This document shows positions 12,380-24,427 of a stretch of DNA of 64,000 nucleotides, piece after piece; the first letter of the stretch is position 1, and every line of letters starts with the position of its first letter. The notes beneath the pieces were generated by a model. The model was not told the DNA's origin. It searched no databases and was given only the letters and a program-made list of their open reading frames with translations. Source of the DNA: Eledone cirrhosa. Its lineage: Eukaryota. Where the stretch lies: positions 81,744 to 145,743 of the forward strand of contig CAXHJY010001693.1 of the NCBI GenBank assembly GCA_964016885.1. The letters are read 5' to 3'. A program made the translations under genes and the position numbers.

Positions 12380-15300
12380 CGACAAGCCGCTGCTTCCAAC
12401 GACAACACCACCACCACCACCACCACCACTCACACCACTGCCTGCAGTAGAAACACAGGGTGCACTGATGACAGAAGCAGCTGCAGCGGGGCTCACCTGA
12501 AGAGGGGGAAGTAGAGGAGGTTGCGATTGGCTAGGTGGCGCTGCGTGTGCTACTGCACCTGGCAAATTCATCTGAGCCGACTGGATGCGCCGCTGGGCTG
12601 CGGCTCGTAGAACTGCTTCAGAGCAATGCTGATCCTGCAAAATAAAGAAGAAAAAAGGGTTGAGTATATTTAGTAAATAAAACAGAGCTGAGAAAAGGGC
12701 TCCCAGATTAAATAAAAACCCACCATTTTTATAATAAAGCCTGCCCTTCATCAATCTCCCTTGTGGCAAATTAAAAGCAAACATTGTATGCTATATGTAG
12801 ATGTATGTTCTTTAAAGTAGCTTATGAACGAGGATGAAAACCCTTAACTCTTTACATTACTTTATATATACTATTGCAATTTCACAATAAAGGCTTTACC
12901 TCACATAATATTGGATCTATAAGATTTTGAATCGGCCGATTTCAAATGATAATGAAAATTATTGTGTACAGTGCTCAGGTGTACTACAACTCATCAAAAG
13001 TGCATGTATAGTACATATAACAATGTACAAATGTCAGGAAAGTGAACAGTATATGAGTTATGATATACACACAGACACTTGTGTGTGTGTGTGTGTGTAT
13101 GGAGGGGGACCTTGAAAATATTGGTACCATCATCATTAAAACAAAACTACTGACCAGAGTGTGTGATTTTAAAGATGGTAGTACCACCACCAAGAGCTAC
13201 TGACCTGTGTATGTGTGTGACCTTAAAAAGGAGGGAGGTGGTATCACCAAAAAAAAACTGACCTGTATGTGTGTGACCAAAGACCATTTCTTCCTTTCCA
13301 ATTTTTCACAGCCTTCCCATTTACAAACTCCATCAGACTCTGCCATAACATGTGCACTGTAAACATGACTGTATACACCCTTGCTGGTCTCAAAACAGCT
13401 GAAAAAGAGAGGAAAGAGAATCTCAGTGGAAGATTATGGAGAAGAAAGGAGTCACATTTCAGAAGAAGTCTTTAAATTCTTTTGTTGCGAAACTGCCTGA
13501 TACAAAACTACTCATTTTAAAATGTTTATTTCATTTTTTTTTCATTCATCATTTTACGTCCGCTTTTCCCTGCTTGCAAGGGTGGGACGGGAACTGATTC
13601 TGGCTTGATTTCTACAGCTGGATGCCCTTCCTAACACCAACCTCATTTACAGTGAGTGCTGGGTGCTTTTTTTTTTTTGCCGTGGCACCTCCACGACCAC
13701 TTTGCAGTGGAATGATAGGGACCCCAGTCCCTATCATCTCATTTCTACAGCTGAGTAAACTGGAGCAATGTGAAATAAAATGTCTTGCTCAAGGAAACAA
13801 CACATCACCCGGTCTGAGAATTGAACTCACAACCTTTCAATTGCAAGCCCAATGCTCTAACCACTAAGCCATGTGCCTCCATATCTTTATATTAAAAGTT
13901 TCTACTGCAATTTTATTTAAGAAACTAATGTTAAGTATTGTTAAAAATTTCAGCCTGCTAATGAAAAACTTATTTTATTAAATTCTTCTAATGTTTTGGT
14001 TATTTTCAAAATTTATTTATTTAAACTGCATTTTATTAGAAATACGGTAATGAAAGGGTTAATAACTAAGTATTACAGACCAAAGGGCATGCCTACTGGG
14101 AACAGCAGGGACCTTCCAATACATCCAGAATATCTGAGGCTGAAGGTAGTGGCTTGATGTTCATTTAGGCAAATTTTCCGGTTAAATAACAACAATGACG
14201 GATGTCAAAGTAATAATTGTTTCTACTTTAGGCACAAGGCCAGCAATTACTCAGTACATTACTGGTACTTTATTTTATCGACCCCGTAAGGATGAAAGGC
14301 AAAGTTAACCTCAGCGGGATTTGAACTCAGACTGTAAAGGGACGTAACTATGCTAGAAAACATGGCGTCCAACCCTCTACCGATACTGCCAATTCACCGC
14401 CCTATGTCAAAGTAATAATGATAATTGTTTCTAGTATAGGCACAAGGCCAGCAATTGTGGGGAAGGGGAAAGTCGATTAAATCGACCCCAGTATATTACT
14501 GGTACTTTATTCTATCGATCTCATAAGGACGAAAGGCAAAGTTAACCTCAACGGGATTTGAACTTAGACTGTAAAGAGCTGTAACTATGCCACAAAGCAT
14601 GTCCGACGCTCTACCGATTCTGCCAATCCACCGCCCTAATAATAATGACAATAATAATAACAACAACAAAGAAGACTTACCGTTTACAGCTGGCCCACTC
14701 ACAGACAAATTCCGAACCAACAGATGGCGAACATCTCGAGTCTGCACTACCAGTATTGTTCCGAATTCGCTTCCGAGCCTTAACCAACTTATCAGCACCT
14801 GAGCCTGGAACACCTTTCGGAGATATGGACTGAGCAGGACGTAGGGCAGTGTCTTTACTATCTTTACTATACAACAGAGTACCGCCCGACAAAAGGGTAC
14901 CCTGATTAAAGTTGGAATGCTGTTTTTCAAAAGCGTCCTGCACTGAAGAAACACTAGAGCTGTCGCAACTGATGTCCCCATCACCAGAATCTGATGCTGG
15001 GACCAGCCGTGACTCACAAGTCCTATTTACATGGCTACATAACACAGTTGAATTGGGTTTGTCAGATTTTTTGTTCTTCAAACAATTGCTACCGGAACAT
15101 TCTGTCTGCCGCTGTTTCTTGGCACCGCAACTCAAGTGCGTGGCACTCACCTTTTGCTCAATGTTATTATTGTCTATTAAAAATTTACAATCGCCTACCG
15201 TCTCCTGTAGTCCGTTCACGACGACAACACAACCATTTTCCGGAACCCTACCGACAACAACAGAAGATGAAGAATTTGATGATGATGATGATGACAAAGA

Positions 15301-18300
15301 TGACACACTTGCTTTCCGCTTTCTCTCTTTTTGATTCTCTGCCGAGAGCTGTAGTTTGGTATCAAGCGAGCTTTTGTTACACTCACTGCTGCCTAGATGG
15401 TTTAAAATTCCGTTCACTTTGCTGCCAAACTTTTCGACAGGTTTGCTTAACAGAATCTTTTCACCGACGACACCCAAGTCTTCCGACTTGATGTCAAAGT
15501 TAAGTTTGACATCAACAACATTTGAAGCGGACGTCACACCATTGTGGAGTAGTTCACCGCCGCCACCTACCTTTGTGTCCACTAATGCTTCATTGTTATT
15601 ATTGTTGTTATTAGTATTATTATTACTGTGCGGACACAGACATTGAGTTGTTGTGACCGCAGTGCTGCCGTTCACTTGGGTCACCGACGTTCGGTTCGGC
15701 TTTGGTGATTCACATGTAGTAGTAGTAGTAGTATTGCTGCTGCTAGGAACTGACAGTTTGAGGTCCCCTAAAGTCTTGCCGCCATCCACAGGGACTTCAG
15801 GCTCAATTAGAACCCCTTTCTCCTGTTTCGCACAAACTGTATTAGAATTTGAAACCTCTCTCTTGCCAACCACGCCATCATCGCCGAGCTGGGGCTTCTC
15901 TTCGTCTTCTCCCAACTCCTCTTTAATGGCGTCTGTCGGTAGAGGCTTATGTGAATGATATGTCGATGACGATGATAATGATGATGATGATGATGACTGC
16001 TGGTTACTATGACAACCGTTGCTGCCGCCCAAAGCATCGACATTCTTCTTTGACTCGTTACTCATCGAGTACACGAAAGCTACAGAAGGTTCGGCTACTT
16101 TGAAATCCATATTAACGTCCATATTTGCCGGAATGCTGTCTGTGTGGTTAAGTAAGAGGTTTTTCCCATCAGAGGAGCCCGAGCCCGTCAGCAGGATGTT
16201 CGGGAAAGCTGTGCTCGGTGGAAGCTCCTTAGCAATGCTTACAACATCGGACTTGTCTAAACTGGACGGCTCAGGAGCAGCAGCAGCAGTAGTAGAAGTA
16301 GTAGTAGTAGTAGCAGGGGCGGTACCCCCTTCTAACAGCTTCAGGCATTTGTTCTCAACACGCTCAATTCTTGCCTCAGAGCCTACTTTCACGATATCTT
16401 TAGCGCACTCCACCTCTCCACATACCTCCAACTCAAAATTTTGTGCTGTTTGCGGTGAAGAAGCATTAGACAGCGCAGGGTCGGTGTCTAAAGACTTACA
16501 ATTCGATGTGACCAACTTGGGCGTCGACACATGACCAGGAAGGGAGGTGAAGTTTTTCACGGGGCTCACCCTACCTTTCTTCATCTTTTGTGAATTCTCC
16601 AGCAGCATGTTCTGACTAGGAGGGAACAAGGGTCCCTGAGATTGGAAAACACATTTTGTGAGGGTTTGTGGAGAGAGGTTGCTGTCTAAAGAAGTTTCCC
16701 CAGGGGAGACTGGAGAAACTTTAGAAAAGATTGTACTGGTAGTTGCTGCAGTAGTAGTAGTAGTAGTAGTGTTGGTACCAGTAATATCAGTGGTGGTAGT
16801 AGAAGCTGTTGTCAACACTTGACTTACTGGTCTGTACTGAATAATTACTTCATTCTGCTGCAAACTACCATCATTGATCTGTGACAAAGTATTGAGTGGT
16901 AGTGAACTTGGGGCAGTGGGATTGCTGTTGACTGGGGCCGCAGGATCGCTTAAACTACAGCTGCTCCCGAATATTTGACTCGTCTCTAAACTCAAAGTCT
17001 GCTGGTTGTTAGCAAGGTTACTCTCAGGTAAATCACGAATGACAATTTGTTGAGATTGCAGAGTGGACTGTTGTTGTTGAGCTTGTATCACAAATTGCTG
17101 CTGTTGTGGTTGTTGTAGTTGTTGTTGTTGTGGCACCTGAATGACTAGCTGTTGGGTTTGCAGGGTAGCTGGTGATGTCTGAATGACGAGCTGTTGGGGA
17201 GCCTGAACAGGCTGGCCCGGCTGTGAGGGTGGCATTTGAATCACCAACTGCTGCTGTGCTGCTGCTGATGGTTGCTGCTGTCCCTGGGCAGGCTGCTGCT
17301 GTAGTAAGATCTGCGATCCTTGAATGACAAACGGTTCTCCGGGGCGAGGAGAAGAAATTGCTTGCATCACGTCCTGTTGGTCGTGGAGTTTAGCTTGAAC
17401 AACTAACGCCTCCTGGTTGTTTAACTGCCCCGGGATGGGCTGAACAATGACTTCCTGCTGCTGAAGACTCGCTCCAGAGTTGAGTTGGATCACCAAGTCG
17501 GTGCTGTCCTGCTTGACACCATTGTTGCTATCTTGAGTGCCAGGTAGGGCTGCTTTGCTGGCGGTTTGCAACAGGACAGGGTTAGGCGCTTGGCCAGCCT
17601 GTTGCATGTTTTGTGCACCTTGTACAACAGCTGCACCAACAGCGACTGCTGCCTGCATCGTAGCAGGAGTTGAAGATAGTTCCATATTCTTAGATTCTTG
17701 CTGGGTGGTTTGTTGGAAAAATGGTTGCTCCACGGGACGAACGGTATCGGGTTTCTCTAGTTGACTGTCCAGAGATTGCGCCAGATCTAATTGCTGGACG
17801 TTAGATGTGGTCATTAGGTTCCCAGTCAAAGACTGACTGTTTAAGTCATCCTGAAGATCATCTTGGCCAATGTCTGGCTCTGTCTGTTGGCTATCAGTCT
17901 CCATGTTTTCCTCCTGTCGTAAGGTACTATCACAAGTGGTCTGCTGAGAGAGGGCCTCCTTCAGCGTGCTCTCCTGGTTGCTCACCAGCATACTCTGCTG
18001 TGACTGGTCTTCGGTTGTGTAGCACGAGTCTTGACTGATTGATGTTTGAGATTCCATCGTGTCCGACGGCGCGGGGGAGTCAATAGACGGAGGGTGCCAC
18101 TCCATGACAGGAACTGTTACCGCCCTCACCACATTCTGTTTGTTGGGTTTCGTCGTCTCAAGGCTTGGGAAACCATCCTGAGACATGGCGGCATCAGAGC
18201 GAGCTGGTGAGGGAGGAGCATTAGAGACTGAAGAAATAGTTAAAGGAGTTTCTGGCAACTGGGGAGAGGGACTTTGAGCCCCTCGGTTCTGGTTAAGCTT

Positions 18301-21300
18301 CTTGGCGAGGAGAGTCTTAATTAGGTTTGTATCTGATGGTAGACGATTTCCAGGAGCCCCAACATTGTCTTGGAACAGGCTAGTTTTACTCTGTAGGTTC
18401 TGTTGTTTAGTTTGTTGCCTCAACGGGGTGATGCCAGGGCTTTGATTCTGGTCAGACTCTACGTGTAAAGCGTGCTGAATGCAAGGATACGAAGGGTTCT
18501 GAGCAGTAAGAGGTGTCTGCGGATTGAGAGGGGAATCCTGTAACTTTAGCGACTGTTGAGCAATAGGCGACCGTAGCTGTTGTTGGAGAACAGAAACAGT
18601 TTTACATTGTAGGTTGGGTGTTGAGGTTGACACAGCCGACACGACGATGGTGCGACTGAGAGGTGTTGAGGGCGTTGGTGGTAAAGGATTGGCTAAGTTT
18701 CTCGAAGGCGTTCCGGGAGACTGTAGTATTTTCGCGCAATGTTTCTGTTGGTTCGACTGGCCGTGGTGACCCTTTGGGTTGTGTGGCGTAGTCGCTGGAG
18801 TTAGGCTTGTCGGGTGTTGACCTCCGGGAAGCTGACTCGAGTGAGAACTGCTGCTACCTATAGGGAAAGTTGGGGAAGAATCCGGTTGAAGATGGAGAAG
18901 AGGTGGTTCCAATAGTCGTTGTCTTAATGTTGGGGTGTGTGGGGACTGAGAACAGTTAGCTACTTTCTGAAAGCCATGCGACGAGTGAATGCTAGTTTTA
19001 TCAACTGAAAGCAAGAAACAAAAAAGAAAAAAAAAACCATAGCAGAACACTACAGCACAACAACAACAGCAACAACAACTAAAGGCAATTTATACAAAAA
19101 AAAAAAAATCAAAATTTCATTCTAACAAAAGTAATAGCAATAACAATAGTGTGTAATTTATGGACAGGGCCAGCAATATGGGCGAAGGAGGGATAAGCCA
19201 AGATTTCCCAAACTTTTTCAAAAGTGGAACCCTTCTTAACTTCAGGAACTGTTGGGGGAACCCCAAAGTCTTATAATTATTTCTACTATAGGCACAAGGC
19301 CAACAATTTCAGGGGAGGGGAAAAGTCGATTATATCGACCCCAGTGCATTACTGGTACTTTATTTTATCGACCCCGTTAGGATGAAAGGCAAAGCTATGC
19401 TCAGTGGGATTTGAACTCAGAATACAAAGGGCTGTAACTCTATGCCACGAAGCATGTTGGCTGATGCTCTACCGATCTCTTATTTAGGTACAACTTCGTG
19501 GGAGGGGTGGGGGGAGAGATCAATTATCTCAACCCCCAGTACATGACTGATACAAGGATGGCAGGCAAAGTTGGCTTCAACCGGATTTTAACATTTTTAC
19601 ATTCAGAGGTCAAATCCAGGCAAGGTCATCTTTGTTTTATCCATCAGACATCAATAATAAAGTACCAGTCACATACTGGGGTCAGTGCCAGATTTACCCT
19701 TGTGCCTAGGTGTGCTTAAACACAGGAGCGTGTTGGCCAGGGGAACCCATCTTGCCAAAAAAACTTTTTTAACCTCCTTCAGGGCCTAAGTAAGGGGCCT
19801 CATTTGGCCTAAATCTGGCACTGACTGGGGTCAATTTAATCAACTTTCCCTTTGCCTTAAAATTGCTGGCCTTGTGCCTAAATTCGAAACAACAATAATA
19901 ATAAAATAAGCACAACAATAATAATAATAAAAATAAAATAAGCACAACAATGCTATAGGCTCTCTCTAGACATAGAAATAAAAGGTAAGAGTATTTCGAG
20001 TTAAGGGTTTTAGTGTTTGACACTTTTGATATCAAACCCCAGGAAACTGACCCCTGGTTAAAAAAGAACCAAGGCTGTTTATTTTAACCCAGCCAGAATT
20101 CTTTCACCTCTTTCTGTTCAAACTGGCCACTCATACTGATGTTAAGGTATTGTTCTCAACATAAATAACATCAAAATCTCATAGATTCGATATTATGTGA
20201 GGTAAAGCCTTTACCATGAAAATATAATAGTATATATAGAGTAATGTAAATGGTAAAGGGTTACAAATAGAGGAGCTGGCAAGCGAGAAACCTTAATATA
20301 TACACTATATATATATATATATATACTAGGTACACTTAGTACAGATGTATATATAAGGATGGGCTGATAACTTCATAGGCTGACTATGAAGGAGTGATGC
20401 TAGAGCTGCGAAATCTTGCATGCATTAATTTCAACTATTCTTATTTATAACTGCATTGTTTCTTTCCAGGTAAACTGGCATCTAAATGTTCAAAGACTTC
20501 AAAAGTAACTAGTAGTGACTTCTCTTGAAAATGGACAAAATTTGGCATCATGGTGTTATCAAGTGCCTGCAGAAAAAGGGGTTTAGTCCCCAAGGACATT
20601 CATGCTGACAGGGTTGCTACATTAAGGGATGACACTCCAGCTTTATCAACAGTGCAAAAATGGGCAGCTGAATTTAGAAGGGGAAGGAAGAGTCTTGAAG
20701 ATAGGCCAAGGCCTGGACATCCTGCAACTGGCACCACTGACGAAAACATTGATCGTGTTCACCAAATGGTGATAGATGACAGGTGATTGATTATAAATCA
20801 AATAGCCAATGCTATTAAGACATCCTGTGAGAGAGTTGAGAATATTCTGCACAACGAACTGGGAATGATGAAGGTTTCTTTCTGTGTGTGATTGCTTGTA
20901 TAGATATCTGGCTTAATGATTGTTTAAACGTATGTATAAAGTCTAGAGAGGGTACAGGATTGTATTAAATAAAACACAACAAATATTTAGATAGGCCAAG
21001 GCCTGGACATCCTGCAACTAGCACCACTGACGAAAACATTGATCGTGTTCACCAAATGGTGATAGATGACAGGTGATTGATTATAAATCAAATAGCCAAT
21101 GCTATTAAGACATCCTGTGAGAGAGTTGAGAATATTCTGCACAACGAACTGGGAATGATGAAGGTTTCTTTCTGTGTGATTGCTTGTATAGATATCTGGC
21201 TTAATGATTGTTTAAACGTATGTATAAAGTCTAGAGAGGGTACAGGATTGTATTAAATAAAACACAACAAATATTTAGTAAGACCCCCCCCCATAAGGAA

Positions 21301-24300
21301 CAACTAAGACATATGTGATATAAAACATGCAGAATTTAGAAATTATATAATTATAAACATTTCAATAGATAATCAGAGAGGAATTTAGTGAAAAATGGCA
21401 AGAATAACTATTTTATATGAGAACCTTAGTGAAATATTTAGTAAATCTCTCAAAATTCTTCACTAACACTTTTGATTCTTATACTATTTTCACCCACATC
21501 AAACTAAATCTACCATCATACCAGTTACCTTCAATAAATCTAGCATGTCATCAGCACTATAACTTTACAGAGTGTACAGGGTGTAATTTTAGCATGCCAC
21601 CAGCACTACAAGTTTACAGTGTACAGGGTGCATTTTATCATGACACCAGTACTACCACTTCACAGAGTGGACTGGGTGTATTTTAGCATGACACCAGTAC
21701 TACCACTTCACAGAGTGGACTGGGTGTATTTTAGCATGTCACCAGTACTACAACTTTACAGAGTGTACAGGGTGTATTTTAGCATGCCACCAGCACTACA
21801 AGTTTACAGAGTGTACAGGGTGCATTTTATCATGACACCAGTACTACCACTTCACAGAGTGGACTGGGTGTATTTTAGCATGTCACCAGTACTACCACTT
21901 CACAGAGTGGACTGGGTGTATTTTAGCACGCCACCAGTACTACCACATTACAGAGTGGACTGGGTGTATTTTAGCACGTCACCAGTATCAGTGCATTCCT
22001 CGACCAGGGTGAGATGCAAGGCCCCTATAATTATACCAGTTTTTAAATTTATTACTAGAAATAGCTGGCACAAACATGCAACACTGCAATATGGAAGGGG
22101 AAAAGCCAACACTAAACAACAACAAAAGGAGAAGAAAGAAGAAAAGAGAGGAGGGGGGAATATATTTAATCCTTTAGCATTTAAACTGGCCATAGCTGGC
22201 CAGAATTCTCTCACCTATTTCTGTTCAAACCGGCTGTAATTGGCCACTCATACTGATGTTAAGGTATTGTTGTCAAAATAAATAATACCAAAATCTCATA
22301 GATTCGATATTATGTGAGGTAAAGCCTTTACCATGAAAATGGTATATATAGTATATACAGAATAATGCAAATGCTAAATGTTAAAGTATTGCTCTCAAAA
22401 TAAATATCAAAATCTCATAGATTCGATATTATGTGAGATATGTAAAATAAAGCCTTTACTGTGAAAATACAAGAGTATATATAGAGTAATGTAAATGTTA
22501 TGTGAGATATTATGTGGGGTAAAGCCTTTACTGTGAAAATACAGTAGTATATATAGAGTAATGTAAATGTTATGTGAGGTAAAGCCTTTACTGTGAAAAT
22601 ACAGTAGTATATATAGAGTAATGTAAATGTTATGTGAGGTAAAGCCTTTACTGTGAAAATACAGTAGTATATATAGAGTAATGTAAATGGTATGTGAGGT
22701 AAAGCCTTTACTGTGAAAATACAAGAGTAATGTAAATGCTAAAGGGTTAAAACAATATTAGATGAAAGTGAAGAAAAAATATCGTTGACTGACGTGCAAT
22801 AAACAGCAGTTAACTACACACCAAACATATATATAGCTTGAGTAGTAAAAAAACACAAAAAACACCCAGTTTAATTAGATGAAGTAGAAGAAGAATCTAG
22901 AATTGAACGACAACCAATACGATTGTAAAATACGGACAAGGGGAGATAACAACGTTTTTAACTGCCACTCAAACAGTGAGATAACAGAAATTTGATCTTA
23001 GGTTGGCCATAACTTTAGCTTTAAAACTTACAACTGAATGCTCATATAACACACAGGTTTATTTCATTTAGAAATGGCTCCTACAAAGTTAGTACCGTTT
23101 CATTCAGAGGAAGATAGGCCACCTCCTGACCAACGGAAGGAGGGAGGCCCGGTGCTTGAACATACCTAAGCACAATGGTAAATCCAACACTGTCGTGAAG
23201 ACAATGGTCAATGCAAGGCTACCTACAGTAGAAGATAAGCACCACTTGCATGAGAGGTACCATCACACAGAAGGTCTGAATCCAGAAACCACATTGTGTG
23301 AGGTAAACAAACTCCCTAACAACAACCATTTCATCATCATCTCTTCCATTCATCAACTGCTAAGCATTTATACAGACAGTGAAAAAAATATTCACCCCCA
23401 CGAAAAAACAAAACAAAATAAACTGTCCAACCTACCTTGCCAAGTGATTGCAAATGGTAGAGGTGACGACCTCTTGGAAAATCCACTGAATTGGATGTCT
23501 TTATTGCCATCTTTTCTCTCTATAATTTTCTCTTCAACATTAGGAAATACCGCCCTAAATAAATGAAGTAGAGACAGAAATGTTTTTTAAAATCTTTACA
23601 TCAGCAGCAACAACAAAATATTAATTTTTCATCGTAAAAATAGAAAAAAAAAAGAACTATTTTACAGCTCTTCAACAATTTTGAACTAGGCTCATGAACA
23701 GCCTGTTCTACCTTTGCAGATCCTTGGTTGGGATCAGCTGCTTTTAAGAGATCACCAATTAATCAGAAAGGCAAATGTAAAGTAAAAAAAAGAAAGAATG
23801 AGAGATGAGGTACTTACTTAACACATGTGTGCAGTACGGAGCTGTTCAATGGATTTGGTAAGGAGAACTTTTTACAAAAAGATAAATAATCTGTGTACAA
23901 TGAGAGGTGGGACATGTAGCAGCCATCTCTTAACTCTAGATTTGCTCTCAGCCTGACAGGAAACAGAACAGTAAAGAAATTAGTGGACATAGAAAAAATA
24001 TAATGAATGTAGACATTAAAAAAAAAATATATTATATATATATATACACATACACACCAAACCTGCCAACCCCAAATGGAGTGTAAGTGCACCCAAACGG
24101 GGAGAAATGAGGCAAAATGGGGAGATTTTACATAACGAATGCTATATCTGTTTTCACAAGAGAAGACATCTCTCACCCACCCCAAAGTGGATGGAAGATC
24201 TCCCCATTGGATGAGGAGAGTTGACAGGTCTGCTATATATACACACACACATTATATATGTGTGTGTAATTATAGAAAATACAATGTCATATGAGAGAGA

Positions 24301-24395
24301 GAGAGAAACAACTACTCACCAATTACATGTAGTTTCTATCTCAGAGGTAGGAATAGAATTTGGTTGGGGTACTGTCTCTGGAAAATAAATAAATA

Positions 24396-24427
<32 letters not shown>

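Noticed and set aside
14912-18038. Plus-strand ORFs over the large exon
   Set aside because: Antisense shadows of the ARID2 coding exon
21619-22239. 206-aa ORF
   Set aside because: Translation of a SINE-related minisatellite
23265-23320. GAAGGTCTGA (RNase P CR-I-like) and CCCTAAC (telomerase-template-like) on the plus strand
   Set aside because: No downstream CR-V partner, the template match is too short, and G-U pairing favours the other strand
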